Assembly (NCBI GenBank): GCA_951406725.2
Contig: OX597818.1
Location: 89,962,001 to 90,026,000, forward strand
DNA: 64,000 nt
Reading direction: 5' to 3'
DNA from: Octopus vulgaris
Taxonomy: Eukaryota
Below, one piece after another: positions 39,577 through 54,777 of this stretch. The notes under the pieces were generated by a model. It did no database searches. It was not told the DNA's origin and worked only from the letters and a program-made list of their open reading frames with translations. Each line of letters begins with the position of its first letter. The stretch's first letter is position 1. The translations under genes and the position numbers were made by a program.

Positions 39577-42294
39577 GGTATTCATCTGTCTTATGGTTAT
39601 GGCGAAAGAGTTTGTGTGGTAGATGGAGCTGAAAGGATTAAGGACATACACCTTTCTCTTCGGTCAAGCTTGGGCTTGTAGACTGAGAACAACAGTTGGG
39701 AGAGGCCTTGTGCCCTTGGGGATCAGGATGACCCTAGTTCCATGGAGTTCCTTCATGTTCCAAGGTGTTCACATATTTTGTATATATATATTTTTTAACT
39801 TTCATTTCCTTCTCCTCTCCTTTTTTCCCCTCATCTTCTTTTGTGAAATCCCTACACAAATTGTAAGCGGATTTTGTAATGTCTCCTTCATCTATTGCCC
39901 CTATGACAAATACCAGAACTTATTATTATTATTATTATCATCATCATCATCATCATAGTTGTTATTGTTGCTGTTGTTTTTATTATTGTTGTTCTTGTTT
40001 GTGTTATCATCATCATCATCATCATCATCATCATTATCGTCACCGCCATTATTATTATAATTATTATTATTATTATTGTTGTTGTTGTTGTTGTTTTTGT
40101 TGTTGTTATTATACAACTGGATCAATGCAAGCATCGTGCTGGAAAATTCTGGTTATTTCGATCGTAATAAGCTCCGGCAATAATACATAATTTACATTGC
40201 ATTTCGGAAGTATCGGTTTAGTATCGATCTATCGGAAATACTAATATGAATTTATGTGGGACATTAAATCGGATGTAATTTGTACAATCTCCATGTACGA
40301 TTCATTTAAATTTCAATCGGTCATACAGGATTATAAAACAGGGATGCAAAGTCCGAAACCGGATATTGTTTAAGACAGTTCATAGATTCAAATCGCTGGT
40401 TCTTTTACAAGATGAACAAGTGTTTTGTAAGAGAGAGACAATGTTCTCGAGAAAACTCTCGGTTGGTTTGTTTCGAGGGATTTTCGGGCCGGGGCTACTA
40501 TGGATAATTTCCAGAAATTCTTGACCCGGCAGTGCTACCGAGAGGTGCAACTGGGTCGAGATAAACCCTACGAGCACGGAAGTGGCGCCAGCTGAGGGTG
40601 TCTGAGGTGCGCACAAAGTGACGGAACAGTACTGTTCGAACTCGTGCGGTGTTCGAGCATTGCTGCCTTGTGATCACAGTTCATAGGTTCATATCACTGC
40701 ACCGATTCCTCCGCAGAGTGATCATGTGGTGAGTAAAATAAATGACGTTCTAGGTTTTGATGTTGAAGAACCAGGTGGTCTGTCCTGGAAGACTTTTGGC
40801 CCGGGGCTGCTATAGGTAACTTTCAGAAATTCTTGAACCGGCAGTGCTACTGAGTGGCACGGCTGGGAAAGATAAACTCTATAAGCATGGAAATGTTGCC
40901 AGTTGCGGATGTCCGAGAGGCACACAAATTTACGGAACTGTTCTGCACGAGCATTGCTGATTTGTAGAATGGTGAACACTGTTGTCAAGTACAGCACTAA
41001 TTTAGTTGTTGGCTGAGTCCATCGAGATGATGACGCCAATACCCGCTTTTAACTACATGAGACAGATGACATTCTTCTGTCTAATAACCATATGTGGTAG
41101 ACAAAACTGAAAGAATTAAGGATAGACATCTTCCTCTTTCATCAAACCCTTAACGCCTTGGAAAAAAAAGTGGGGTGGAGAACGAAGTGCTCTCCTCCTG
41201 CGAATTTGTCAGTACATGGACAAAAATAGTAAAAGTGGAAAAAATAATTTTGTTGAACGGAATTAATCTAAGCACGGGCCTTTTGACTGAAAACTACAAT
41301 TGGGCGAGGGCTTGTGCCCTTGGGTGTCAAGGCAACCCTTGTTCCGAGAAGTCCTTGATTGGATCTAGTTAGAAGCTCTCCTGCATCCGGAGGACAACAT
41401 TAGCCATATGTTCACATACATATTTCATTCTTCTCTCCGTTTCTTTTAACGTAAAATCTCTGCACAGATTGTATACCGTACTTCTAATTATCATCATCAT
41501 CAACATCGTCGTTGTCGTGGTCATCATCACCATCATCATCATCATTATCATGATTTAACTGGATCAATGCATGCATTGTCCTGGAAAATTCTGGTTTTTC
41601 GATATGCTCAGGCAATAATACGTAGCTCATATTGTATTTTGAAAGTATCGGTTTTGTATCGATCTATAGGAAATACTAATGTGAATTTATATGAGACATT
41701 AAATCGAATGTAATTTGTACAGTTTCCATGTGCCACTGATTTAAATTTCAGTCATTCACACAAGAGTATAAAACGGGGATTGCAACGTCCGAAACCAGCT
41801 ATTAATTGAGAATACAGCACATAGGTTCAAATTTCTGATTCTTTCACGAGAGAAATAAGTGGTGGGTAAGAGAGACGACGTTCTCGAGGAAACTCTTGGC
41901 TGGTTTGTTTCGGAGGACTTTCGGGTCGGCGTTATAATGGATAACCTCTAGAAATTCTTGTCCTAGCTGTGCTACAGAAAGTCACAGCCGAGTCGAGATA
42001 AACTCTACAAGAACAGAAGTGCTGCTAGCTGAGGCTGTCCGAGAAGCGCACAAAGTGACGGAAATATCCTACACGAACTCGTACGGTGTCCGAGCATAAC
42101 TGACTTGAGATCACATGTCATAGGTTCAAACCACTGATCCCTTCGCAGGGTGATCTTGTGGTGGGTAAGAGAGATCACATTCTAGGCTTCAATGTGGAAG
42201 AGCGAGCTTGTCTGGTCTGTTTCGGAAGATTTTCGGACTGGGACTACTCAAGGTTATTTCCAGAAATACTTGACCTAGCAGAGTTACTGACAGA

Positions 42295-42520
42295 CGAGCT
42301 GGCAGAATCGCTAGTACGCCGGGCGAAATGCTAAGTGGTATTTCGTCTACCGTTACGTTCTGAGTTCAAATTCCGCCGAGGTCGACTTTGCCTTTCATCC
42401 TTTCGGGGTCGATTAAATAAGTATCAGTTACGCACTGGGGTCGATGTAATCGACTTAATCCGTTTGTCTGTCCTTGTTTGTCCCGTCTATGTTTAGCCCC
42501 CTGTGGCCAATAAAGAAATA
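42295..42520 (+). mobile_element. SINE family A
   Basis: Consensus-like copy flanked by the direct repeat GTTACTGACAG. Confidence 0.9.
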
Positions 42521-43222
42521 AGTGTTACTGACAGGCAAAGCCGGTTCGACATAAACACTACAAGCAGCGAAGTGCCGCCAGCTGGGACTGTCCCAAGTGC
42601 ATGCATGCAAAGTGACGGAACTATATTGCACGCACACGTGCAGTGTCCGAGCATTGCTGACACGTGGAGTTACGTTGAATAGCTGATGATACGTGCAATA
42701 CGAGTCAGCTATTGGCTCTAAGGTGAGACAAACGGTGTTCCGCTGTATAGTGACCATAGTAAAAGAAGTTGTGTGGTAGACGGAACTGAAAGGGCTGAGG
42801 ACAGACGGCTCTCTTCGTTTTCCTTTGCATGTTCCACATAGAAAAGAAAGTGGAATGAAGAAAGAAGTGCTCTCCTCTTGGGAATTTGTTAGAATACGGG
42901 CAAAAATAATTAGGGAGAATGGAATTTACACTAAACAGGTGCCTATAGATTGGTAAACAACAGCTGGGTGCAGGCTTGAATGGCCCCAGTTGGAGGCTCT
43001 CCTGTATCCGGGGATCTGCATCAGCCACGTGTTCACATATGTATACATTTTATCTCATTTGAACCTCCTCTCCCTTTCTTTTTATGCAAAACCCCTAAAC
43101 TATCCTTCTAATGTCCCTTTCATCTGATACCCCTGTGGCAAATAAAAGGAATTATTAATATTGTCTTCGTCGTCGTCGTCATCATCATCATCATCATCAT
43201 CATCACCACCACCACCACCACC

Positions 43223-43275
<53 letters not shown>

Positions 43276-44185
43276 TATTATTATTATTATTATCATTATT
43301 ATTATTATCATTATACAACTGGATCAATGCAGGCATCGTCCTGGAAAATTCTGGCTATTTCGATCGTTATGTGCTCCGGCAGTAATAACGTAGTTTATAC
43401 TGTATTTTGAAAGTATCGGTTTAGTATCGATCTTTCTGAAATAACAATGTGAATTTATATGGGACATTAAATCGGATATAATTTGTACAATTTCCACGTA
43501 CGATTGATTTAAATTTCAATGGTTCAGACGAGGGTATAAAACGGGAAACGTAACGTCCGAAACCAGTTATTGCATGAAGGGCAGGAGATCATAATTATAA
43601 AAAATAAAATAAAAAAAAACAGCCTGGTAAAAAAAAAAAGCCCTTGAAAATACATGCTGACAGGGTCTATGAAGGGCATGGGTATATACTGCTACATCCG
43701 TCTCTGGTCTGGAGACCCAAGAATGGGGCTCTTGAATTTCTGATGAGAAGAGGGTGCTCCCACTCCCTCCCATCCTTTACCTGAAGGAATCCGAAAGCAA
43801 CATCGTTCTATCTTGAATAGACCCCCGCCCCCACCCTACTTGTTCACTAAGCTTTCTTTAACCTTTATCTTTTACTTGTTTCCGTCATTAGACTGAGGCC
43901 ATGCTGGAGCACCACTTTGAAAAGGGTTAGCGGCCAATTAAATTCAACTGCAGTATTTATTTTTATAATGTCTAATAATACTTATTCTAGCGGTCACTTT
44001 GCCGAAATCGATAAGCTACGGGAATGTAAACAAACCACCACCGTTTGTCGAGTGGTGGGCAAGCATAAACAAACACACATCCATACACATGTGTATGTAT
44101 GTATGTATGTATGTATGTATGTATGTATGTATGTATGTATGTATGTATGTATGTATGTATGTATGCATGCATGTATGTATGTATA

Positions 44186-44221
<36 letters not shown>

Positions 44222-44271
44222 TGTATGTATGTATGTATGTATGTATGCATGTATGTATGTGTGTGTGTGTG

Positions 44272-44303
<32 letters not shown>

Positions 44304-44882
44304 TGTATGTATGTATGTATGTATGTATGTATATCAACGGGCTTCCACACAATATTTGTCTGCTACATTCCACATTCACTCACATGTGATTGGTCGGCTC
44401 GGAACTTATTAGTAGGAAACATCTGTCCAAGGTGCCACCACCTGGATGCAAGGCAAGCTTCTAAACCACACAGCCATACTCCTGTCTCTGTTAAAAACAA
44501 TACATAGGAAGAAAAAAAAGCTGTACACATTTCTTTTGTATCTTTAATTATTTACTGAATGATCATCTCGGCCAATGTTCGCCGTCCCATCGTTGATTCC
44601 TCCGGAGCCAAGACTGACGTATTTGATGAACCTGATGCTTAATAATTTTTTCCTTCTTTCTACTGCAAGTACAAGGCCTCAAATTTAAGGGAAGGGATTA
44701 AGTCGTTTACATCAACCCCATTGCGTAACTGGTACTTATTTAATCGAAAAGGCAAAGGTGACTACGGTGGAATTTGAACTCCGAACGTAGCGACTGATGA
44801 AGTACCGCCAAACATTTCGCCCGGCGTGCTAACGTTTCTGCCAGCTCGCCCGCCTTACCCGACGCTTAATAAGCCCTACATA

Positions 44883-45292
44883 CTCTCTACTCTTTTACTT
44901 GTTTCAGTCATTTGACTGTGGCCGTGCTGGAGCACCACCTTTAGTCGAGCAAGTCGACCCCACGACTTATTCTTTGTAAGCCTAGTACTTATTCTATCGG
45001 TCTCTTTTTGCCGAACCGCTAAGTTACGAGGACGTAAACACACCAGCATCGGTTGTCAAGCGATTTTGGGGGGACAAACACAGACACACAAACGTATACA
45101 CACACATACACACATATACATACATATATACGACGGGCTTCTTTCAGTTTCCGTCTCCCAAATCCACTCACAAGGCTTTGGTTGGCCCGAGGCCATAGTA
45201 GAAGACACTTGCCCAAGGTGCCACGCAGTGGGACTGAACCCGGAACCTTGTGGTTGGTAAGCAAGCTACTTACCCCACAGCCACTCCTGCAC
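44883..45292 (-). mobile_element. Full-length SINE family B (family A copy adjacent at 44665-44857, -)
   Basis: Complete family B match. Confidence 0.9.
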
Positions 45293-46339
45293 CTACAAAG
45301 TTACCTTTGTAATTGTGGCTACCTATTGTGATGAACTACATCTACCAACATTACTATGGATCTCCGAACTGAAAAAAAACCCCAGCTGTTGGACTTGTAA
45401 CACATTTCTTCCACCCCTTTAATTTTCTCTGTCGTTTGTACTCCAAGGTGGACCTATTAATATAAATATTTGTATATACATAAAAAATTCGTCCTCTGAA
45501 TGTCTCCACCTTTTGCTTTCTCTCATTTTGCATGAATACATATATACATATTTTGTATTTCATTCCCAAACTGTTATATTCAATATATTTAATGTCTCTA
45601 ATTTGTTTATCCGCATAATTGACTCTAATACCTTTACGTGCTTAGATAAATTTACCTTTTTCAGTTAAGATGGCCCTAAGGGAGGAAGCTGAACGAGTTA
45701 AGGGTCTTTCTACCCTCTAGCATAGGTGCTTAGTTCTTGTAGAAAGAGTGGGGAAAAGGGGGAAAATAGACTGTGAATCTCCACTATGCAGTGAGGTCTT
45801 ATACAGGTTATATCTTACAGGTGGTTTCTCTTTAACGAAGGGAGGCATAGCTGAGTAGTTTATAAGTCCACTTAGTAATCATGAGATCTGGGGTTCGATC
45901 TCTCTTGTAGTATTTTGTGTATGTATCTTTTTTTTACCAAACCTTCGGATCGATCCACGCCTTATGAATGACAAATGGAGAAACAGAAAGTGTATGGAAA
46001 CTTGTAGGATGAATTGTACTTTTAATTTAAATGTTGCAGCTTTTTCACATATTATGTAACACTAATTCAATTAAAAAATTTTCATTCGGTTACACGTGTC
46101 TGGGTTATACTCAGCCACTGTCATATTGTTTTACAAATAAGTGCAAGCGTGGGTGTGTGGTCGGAAGTTTGCTTCCCAACCACATGGGTCCGGGTTCAGT
46201 CCCACCGCGGGGCACTAGGCAAGTGCCTTCTGTTTTAGCCTAGGGCTGACCAAAGCCTTGCGAGTGGACTTGAAACTGACAGAAGCCCAAATTCCTCTAT
46301 TTACATAATATCGAGGTCTCATTCATTCTTTTGTTATCA

Positions 46340-46394
<55 letters not shown>

Positions 46395-46934
46395 GAGTGA
46401 GAGAGCAGTTCATGCCATCAAAGTGACACTGGGGTCAAATATACGAAGCCCAGTATACCCATCATGACTACCCGTCTGATAAGGGTACACCAGGCACATG
46501 CATCACAACCATATGTGCGTGACATGGTGATCTCATATCAAGATAAACAGCACATGACCTTGCAGGTGGGGCCCAATTAGAATTTTCTTCAGGTTGAGTA
46601 ACCCATCCCGTTCAAAAGGTCCCTGAATAAGGGTTGTTTAAGGATGTTGAAAGAACCACCCATGTTTCCAGAGGTGAATTATTAAAACCCCAAAGAATCC
46701 CTCTCAACACATGGCTATGATGCTCCCCCACTACTTCTGCTCGTGATCAGAGATGCACATATCGTCAGCCACTAGGGGACATGCTCAACTGGTTATGGTC
46801 AAACAACTGACAAGCAAATCTGTGGTATTGAGCAGAATATTTGCTGTAGCCCATCTTTTATACCAAGACAAAACAATGTACATGATAACACTTCCAGTCA
46901 GTTAAGATCAGAAGCCATGAGAGCCACTGCCTGG

Positions 46935-46935
<1 letters not shown>
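46395..46935 (-). mobile_element. Non-coding ~540-bp retroelement embedded in (ATT)n; 5'-truncated copies at 52453-52916, 53009-53370, 56887-56916
   Basis: Four copies share the same end (ATT)n-GAGTGAGAGAGCAG.. and differ in length at the other end; two have (ATT)n on both sides. Confidence 0.85.
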
Positions 46936-46982
<47 letters not shown>

Positions 46983-47165
46983 ATATATATATATACATAT
47001 ATACACACAAAATACACAATGGGACAAGAACGCAAAACATTCAGAGAGTTAGGTGATACAAAAAAGGACAAAACATCCAGATAGACGATACAAAGAAAAC
47101 AAGGACGGGTCATTCGGAGTTTTCTTTCCTCAGTCAAGTTCCAGATTATGTTTGCAATTTCGGCT

Positions 47166-47263
<98 letters not shown>

Positions 47264-47750
47264 TGTTTGTTCCCCAGTCACCACTTAACAACCGGTATTG
47301 GTGTGTTTACCTTCGTGTATCTTAACGCTTCAGTAAAAAAAAGACCGCCAGACTTAAAGACGAAAAAGAAAATAAAAACAAAAACAAAAGAAAACAACAA
47401 TTACTGGGGTCAATTCGTTCGACTTAGATTTTTCTAGGCGGTGCACCAGCATGGCCGCAGTCACATGACTGAAACAAGTAAAAAATATAAGATGAATAGG
47501 TTGTTCAGTTGATCGAACAATTCATCGAATGTTCTTCGCCCACAACAATAGAAACTTCATCATCATCATCATCATCATCATTACCACCACCACCACCAAT
47601 CAGTAAAACGTATCTGTGTATACGTATGGATAGGCGTGAAATTGTTGTGACTTTTGGACGATAACCGATGAAGAAGGAGCGTGTCCACGACTTGTGTGTG
47701 GATATACCGTGTTTTTCTTTGTCGTTATTCTGAGACAATTTTTTAATCTG

Positions 47751-47819
<69 letters not shown>

Positions 47820-48197
47820 AGATAGATAGATATATAAACAGATAGCTGGATATACATACACACACACGATTTTAACTTAAAAGAAAAAGTAGGGGTGCGA
47901 CTTACACATGAATGAATAAGGTAAATGTGTGTTGGTGTTTGCTTGCTTGTTTGTTTGTGTGTGTGTATGTGTGTTTGTGTACATATCTACAGCAATAAAC
48001 AATCTTGTGCGTATATCTGTCTGCCTGTAAATATAAATGTGTGTGTATGTATGTATTTGTTTGTCTTTCTGTTTAACCATATGCTCATTCGGAAGTTTTA
48101 ATTATTCCTCTCACTACACACATTTATTTACTTTCTGTCAAATACACCTGTGTATATTTAGTTGTATAAGGACAAATTGTACAGCATAAACCCTCTC

Positions 48198-48410
<213 letters not shown>

Positions 48411-48412
48411 AA

Positions 48413-48643
48413 GGCGGCGAGCTGGCAGAAACGTTAACACGCCGGGCGAAATGCGTAGCCGTATTTCGTCTGTCGTTGCATTCTGAGTTCAAATTCCACC
48501 GAGGTCGACTTTGCCTTTCATCCTTTCGGGGTCGATAAATTAAGTACCAGTTTCGCACTGGGGGCGATGTAATCGACTTAATCCCTTTGTCTGTCTTTGT
48601 TTGTCCCCCTCTATGTTTAGCCCCTTGTGGGTAGTAAAGAAAT
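48413..48643 (+). mobile_element. SINE family A
   Basis: Near-consensus copy. Confidence 0.9.
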
Positions 48644-49654
48644 ATATATATATATATACATACACACGCTCACATTCGTACGTACGTACACACGAACACA
48701 TGCCTAGACACATATGGTGAACTCTTTTATCTCAGAACAGGCATAGATTTGATTTGGCGACAATATAAGACTATATAGTTATATAGAAAGGTAGACACAA
48801 ACTATATACATAGATGCATATATGTAGTCTGTGTCTATATGTGTGTGTGTAGTCTGTGTTAATATGTATGTATGTATGTATGTATGATGTATGTATGTGT
48901 ATATACATTTTTCGAGCCAGCGAGGAAACATGTTTGCAGTCGCTCGATTCGCTAGTAATAGCAACCAAATCCCCTTTGATTCATACCCTATTATCTTTTT
49001 TTCTTAAAAAAAAAAAAAAAAAAAAAAAAAGAGAGAGAGAGACACGTTGAATAATGTAGTATATGATACACAAAAACGCAGTGTGAAAGTCACGTATGGA
49101 ACCTTATTTCACTGCAGGCTTGCTCGATCAAGATGATCTGGGTCGAAACAACATACACCCAAGGACGGAAGTGAATGTAGGTAGGGTGTAGGCAGAGGTT
49201 GGTGTTCCCTTTCTATTTAGTTAAAGAAGGTAGTCTAACGGTCCCTGCTTTGTAGCCCATCTTTAGCGTCATGGACTTTAGCGTACCCCCAGTTCCTAAA
49301 ATTTGTTTTTATTACTGTATGTACACGTTCACTGCTATGAGCGTTGGATTATAATCATGATGGGACATACTTAGCTCTATAGATAGATAAACAACAGACA
49401 CGTAAACATAAAGACAGATTAAATCGATTGATAGATAGATAAATAGATAGATAGATAGACAATCATATACAAAATTCGAAACACAGGCAGATACATCCAT
49501 AGATGGGTAGACAGACACATACATACATACATACATACATACATACATACGTATGGACGTAACCTTATAGAAAATTCGATACATATGCGTGTATGTATAT
49601 CAACACACACACACACACACACGCATGGGTAGATAGAGAGACAGATCGGCAGGC

Positions 49655-49781
<127 letters not shown>

Positions 49782-49912
49782 CAGACAGTTAAAGTCATCC
49801 GCATACAATCTTATAGCTGAGAAAACAACACAAATAACATATGTATGAATGTATACAGTTATAATCGAAAGACAAACCCCGAAGAGATAGATGGATAGGT
49901 AGGTAGGTTGAT

Positions 49913-49987
<75 letters not shown>

Positions 49988-50058
49988 GTGAGAAACAGAG
50001 AGTGAGATAGTCTAACCAACACAGTGCGAAGTACACGGTCGAATGAACATACACTTAC

Positions 50059-50116
50059 CTCCCCAAAATGGTAAAAGTCCGACGGAGAATAAAAACATAA
50101 AACGTAAATTATCCAT
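50059..50116 (-). CDS. Candidate first coding exon (signal-peptide-like) of an unknown host gene
   Basis: AAC-ATG-G start context, MDNLRFMFLFSVGLLPFWG, then consensus donor AG|GTAAGT in phase 1; unique sequence amid repeats. Confidence 0.45.
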
Positions 50117-50479
50117 GTTCTTTTTTTTTTCTTTCGGTCCGTGTATGTTTGTGTGTGAGTGAGCCAATTCAAGGATATATCAGTGTTTCTGTATTGTAAT
50201 GCGTGTTCGCAGTCAATAACAAATATATATATCAAATATATATATATATATATACAAATATATCTTTCTCTCTCCCCTCTCCCTCTCTCTGTCTATCTAT
50301 CTCTCTCTCTCTCTCAATGTTTATATATATGTATATATATATGTATATATATATATTATATATGTGTGTATATCCTTTTGTACGACGTCATAAAGCGATG
50401 TCTTTTAGCGTGCTTTTGGTTCTCACCAACATTTACATGGCCGACCGCACAGTTTTTCAGAAGTGATTGGTAAACCGTG

Positions 50480-51654
50480 TGTTCGTGTGTAGGTGTTTGT
50501 TACGCTACCGTTGTTGGTATTATCGTTGTGGTGGTAGTAGTGGTGGTTAGTATCAGGCTATCACTGTTGTTGGTGGTGATGGTTGCTGTTGGGATGGTCG
50601 CTGCTGCTACTACTGCTGCTGCTGCTGCTACTGTTGCTGATGTGATAGTGCATGTGGTGATGGTGGCGGTGATGGTAATACTGGTGGTGGTGGTGGTGGT
50701 GATGGTTCTGCAGTTGTAGAAGAGATGCTAGTTCTATTGTAGTGGTGATGGTGATAGTGGTGGTGAGGTTGGCAGTGGTGGTGAAGCTGACAATAGAGAT
50801 GGTGGTGGTGATGTTGGCATGAGTTGCTGGTTGTAACGTAGTGATGGTGGTAGTAGTAGTGGTGGTGGTGGTGGTGGTGGAGGTGGAATGCTGGTTCAGT
50901 TTATGGTGGCGTTAACAACGGTGATGGCGGCGGTGGCGGTGGCGGTGGCGTTACTGAGATGCTGGTTCTGATGTGGTTGTGAAGCTGCTTGTACTGATGG
51001 CTGTGGTGGTGGTGGTGGGATGACGGTGGCGGTGTAGTGAAGCTGGCAGTGTTAGTGGTAGTAGTAGTAGTGGTAGTGGTGGCGATGGTGGTGCTACTGC
51101 TACTGTTGCTGCTACTGCTACTACTGCTACTACTGTTGTTGTGGTAACGCTGATGGCGTTGGTGTTGGCGGCGGCATTACTGTTTCAGTTACGGAGACGA
51201 CGCGGTTGGCGACGGCAGTTTTTTTTTTTCTTCCTTTTTTTTTATATTACAATGGCATGGATGGAGCGATGGTGACCCTGCTGCAGTAATGAGGTTATTG
51301 CCGTTTTTACTGTTGTTGTCGTTGGTAAGTCAGCTAAGTCAAAATGATGATGATGGTGGTGGTGGTGGTGGTGGTGGTAGAGATGGTTTCTCTTTATAGT
51401 ATAGGAGGTAGTGGCGGTGGTCCTGCTCTCTAGTAAAATGGTCAAAAGTGGCGGTGCTGGTGGTGATGGTTGTTACTATGGCAGGGGTAGTAGTGAAGAG
51501 TTTTATTTTGGGAGAGTGATGGTGGCGGGGATAGTGGCTTTGCTGTATTATTATTATTATTATTGTTGTTGTTGCTGTTTTTGTTGTTAGATGGAAAAGA
51601 TCCTTATTATCATTGTTGTTATTATTAGTGATGCTTTCTGCAGTAATAGCAACT

Positions 51655-51725
<71 letters not shown>

Positions 51726-51726
51726 G

Positions 51727-51779
<53 letters not shown>

Positions 51780-52200
51780 GGCGGTGAGACTTGTTCTATG
51801 GTAAGAAGGGCGAAAGTGGTGGTGGTGGTGGTGGCTACGCTATCATCGTGGCATCAGCATCAGCAGCAGCATCGTCAGCATCAGTAGCAGCAAAAGCGGA
51901 AGCTGCCGTGGCTGCAGCAGCTACAGCGGTGGTGGTGGTGGTGGTGGCGGCGGTGGTGTAGCTCGTGCCGTGGTAATGATGCTGGTAAAGATGGAGATGG
52001 CGATACCTGTAGTAATAGTAGAAGCACTAATGGTGTTGTTGTTGGTGGTGGTGGTCGTGGTGTGAATGGTTTTGTTGATATTGTTGCTACTGTTGCCGTG
52101 TTGCTTTGACAGCAGTGCTTGCTGCTGCTGCTGCTGCTGTTGTTGCTGTTGCAGCCGCCACTGTTGTGGGGGGCGGTGGTTGTTGTTGCAGGCGCACTGG
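50480..52200. repeat. Mosaic trinucleotide low-complexity tract (GGT/GTA/GCT/GTT); similar tract at 57100-58120
   Basis: Interleaved trinucleotide runs with no sustained ORF. Confidence 0.85.
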
Positions 52201-52410
52201 CAGAATGGTTAGCGCGCCGGACGAAATGCTTAGCGGCGTTTCGTCCGTCCTTACGTTCTGAGTTCAAATTCCGCCGAGGTTGACTTTGCCTTACATCCTA
52301 TCGTGGTCGATAAATTGAGTACCAATCAAGTTCTGGGTGGGGGGGGGGGTCGATGTGATCGACCATCCCCTTCCCCTCAAATTCCAGGCCTTGTGCCTTT
52401 TGTAGAAAGG

Positions 52411-52452
<42 letters not shown>

Positions 52453-52920
52453 GAGTGAGAGAGTAGTGCATGCCATCAAAGTGACACTGGGGTAAAATAT
52501 ACGAAGCCCAGTATACCCATCATGACTACCCGTCTGATAAGAGTACACCAGGCACATGCATCACAACTATATGTGCGCGACATGGTGATCTCATATCAAG
52601 ATAAACAGCGCATGACCTTGCAGATGCGGCCCAGTTAGAATTTTCTTTTGGTCGAGTTGCCCATCCTGCTCAAAAGGTTCCTGGATAAGAATTGTTTAAG
52701 GATGTTGAATGAACCATGCATGTTTCCAAGGGTGAATTATCCAAACCTCTAAGAATTCCTTTCAACACATGGCTCTGATGATCACCCACTACTTCTGAAT
52801 CATGATTAGAGATGCCCATATCGTCAGCCACTAAGGGACATGGTCAACTGGTTAAGGTCAAACAACTGACAAGCAAATCTGTGGTATTGAGCAGAATATT
52901 TGCTGAAGCCCATCTTACCA

Positions 52921-53008
<88 letters not shown>

Positions 53009-53574
53009 GATTGTGAGAGCAGTGCATGTCATCTAAGTGACACTGGGATAAAATATACGAAGCCCAGTATACCCATCATGACTACCCGTCTGATAAGTGT
53101 ACACCAGGCACATGCATCCCAAACATATGTGCGCGACATGGTGATCTCATATCAAGATAATCAGTGCATAACCTTGCAGGTGGGGCCCAATTAGAATTTT
53201 ACTCTGGTCGGGTAACCTATCTCGCTCAAAAGGTCCCTAAATAAGGATTGTTTAAGGATGTTGAACGAACCACCCATGTTTCCAAAGGTGAATTATCCAA
53301 ACCTCTAAGAATTCCTTTCAACTCAATGCTATGATGCTCCCCCACTACTTCTGCTTGTGATCAGAGATGCCAACAAATAAAAAGCAGTAACCCCCGCCCA
53401 CCAAAGCAATCAAAATCACCCGAAAACCACAACAACACACCAACACCCATGCTTCTAACATCTTCACCAACACCACCAATACCAACACCACAAGCACAAC
53501 AGGGTCAACACAAAAAGTAAACGAAAAAACTTGCCGCCATAAACATAGACAACACAAACTTACTATTATTTTTT

Positions 53575-53878
53575 TTTTGTCCTTTTCAAGCCTAGCCAGG
53601 TTCATGGGCCCGGTTTCCCGGTTTCTGTGGCGTATGTGTTCCCCCAGCTGGACGGACGCCAGTCCATCACAGCGTTACTCAAGAAACAGGAAGAGAGAGT
53701 GAGAGACGGTTGTGGCGAAAGATTACAACAGGGGTCACCACCAGCCCCTGCCTGAGCCTCGTGAAGCTTTTAGGTGTTTTCACTCAATAAACACACACAA
53801 CGCCTGGTCTGGGAATTGAAACCGCGTTCCTCCAACCGCGAGTCCGCTGCCCTAACCTCTGGGCCATTGCGCCTCCAC
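53575..53878 (-). mobile_element. tRNA-derived SINE family E
   Basis: On minus: GTGGAGGCGCAATGGCCCAGAGG (A box)..GGTTTCAATTCCC (B box); GATGGACTGGCGTCC.GTCCAG; A-rich tail. Confidence 0.8.
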
Positions 53879-54167
53879 TAAACTTACTATTATGCACAAA
53901 GAAAAATACAGACATCGTCCATCACGGATAACTACACACACACCACCACTACACACACAGATACTTCGAATGCATAGAGCAACATAAAATCCAAATTTCC
54001 ACAGGCAGTTGGAGGCTTCAACACGAAAGCGTGCTGGATCCTCTATAAATCCTTGGTCATGGAGACCACCACACCCCACTTAAGGAGCGAGACATCTGCC
54101 CCGCTCCCACCCCAGAGTGCTAACGGTAAGTAGTCCTCTCCTTTTTTTCTCCTTGCTAGCTACTCAA

Positions 54168-54777
54168 ATGGTCAAACTCAAAATAGGTTGCATAAATGTA
54201 CGTGACCTTGGGTCCCCTTGGAAACAAGGTCACCTACTCAACGACCTTAGGTCACGAGGAATAGACGTAATAGTCATTACTGAATCCAGACTAACTGACC
54301 TGTGAGCTTTCATGCCCATTTTCAATGACTACGAGATCTACGCATCTCTGTGTCAGCGGGGAATGGGTGGCGGGGGTACCGCGGTATTGTTTCGAAAAGG
54401 TCTGGATTTCAAAATAAGGTCAGTTTTCTTAGACCTAGAAGGTAAGCTGATGGTCCTGGACGTGAACGGTAGCAACGGTGGGTGCCTTCAGACTGGTGGC
54501 TGTTTACGCCTCGACAGGTGCAGGACAGTCGGAATGCTTCTGGCGTCTAGAGGTCTTCCTGGATACGTCCCTACCTTTAGTGTTAGTGGGCGATTTCAAC
54601 GCCATCTCAGATGCACAATTGGATTGTGTAGGGCTAGCCGATAGTAAAGGTAGTTGCAAAAGACTTTCAAACCTGCTCAGACATTTTCAATTGTCTGACA
54701 GGTATCAACTGGATTTCGCAAATATGCCAATGTGAACATGGGCAAACCGCATCGGAACATCCAGATCGTATCTAGAT
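54168..54777 (+). pseudogene. Tx1/L1-like LINE ORF2 apurinic-like endonuclease fragment
   Basis: KIGCINVRDL..DVIVITESR..GTAVLFRK..RLVAVYA..VLVGDFNA..SRSYLD; two stops and one frameshift. Confidence 0.9.

Larger units (their letters stand above)
38950..43570 (+). repeat. Local tandem array (~1.4-1.75 kb units) of Tx1/L1-like LINE 3' fragments + microsatellite + ~250-bp block
   Basis: Repeated degenerate 'KTFGPG..NFQKSL....RDKLY....CPRC....LH...C' zinc-knuckle segments; block repeated at 40113-40360, 41557-41797, 43315-43566. Confidence 0.8.

Noticed and set aside
47000-47170. (TA)n-flanked insert with CTGAGGA on minus
   Set aside because: No GAAA/stem III/stem I arrangement could be built, so it is not counted as a hammerhead.
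50409-50469. Plus-strand exon candidate (TTTTAG..GTAAAC)
   Set aside because: Weak donor, no recognisable peptide, and no partner exons.
50480-52200. Mucin-like or Gly-rich coding exon
   Set aside because: Frequent stops and frame changes, typical of trinucleotide mosaic DNA.
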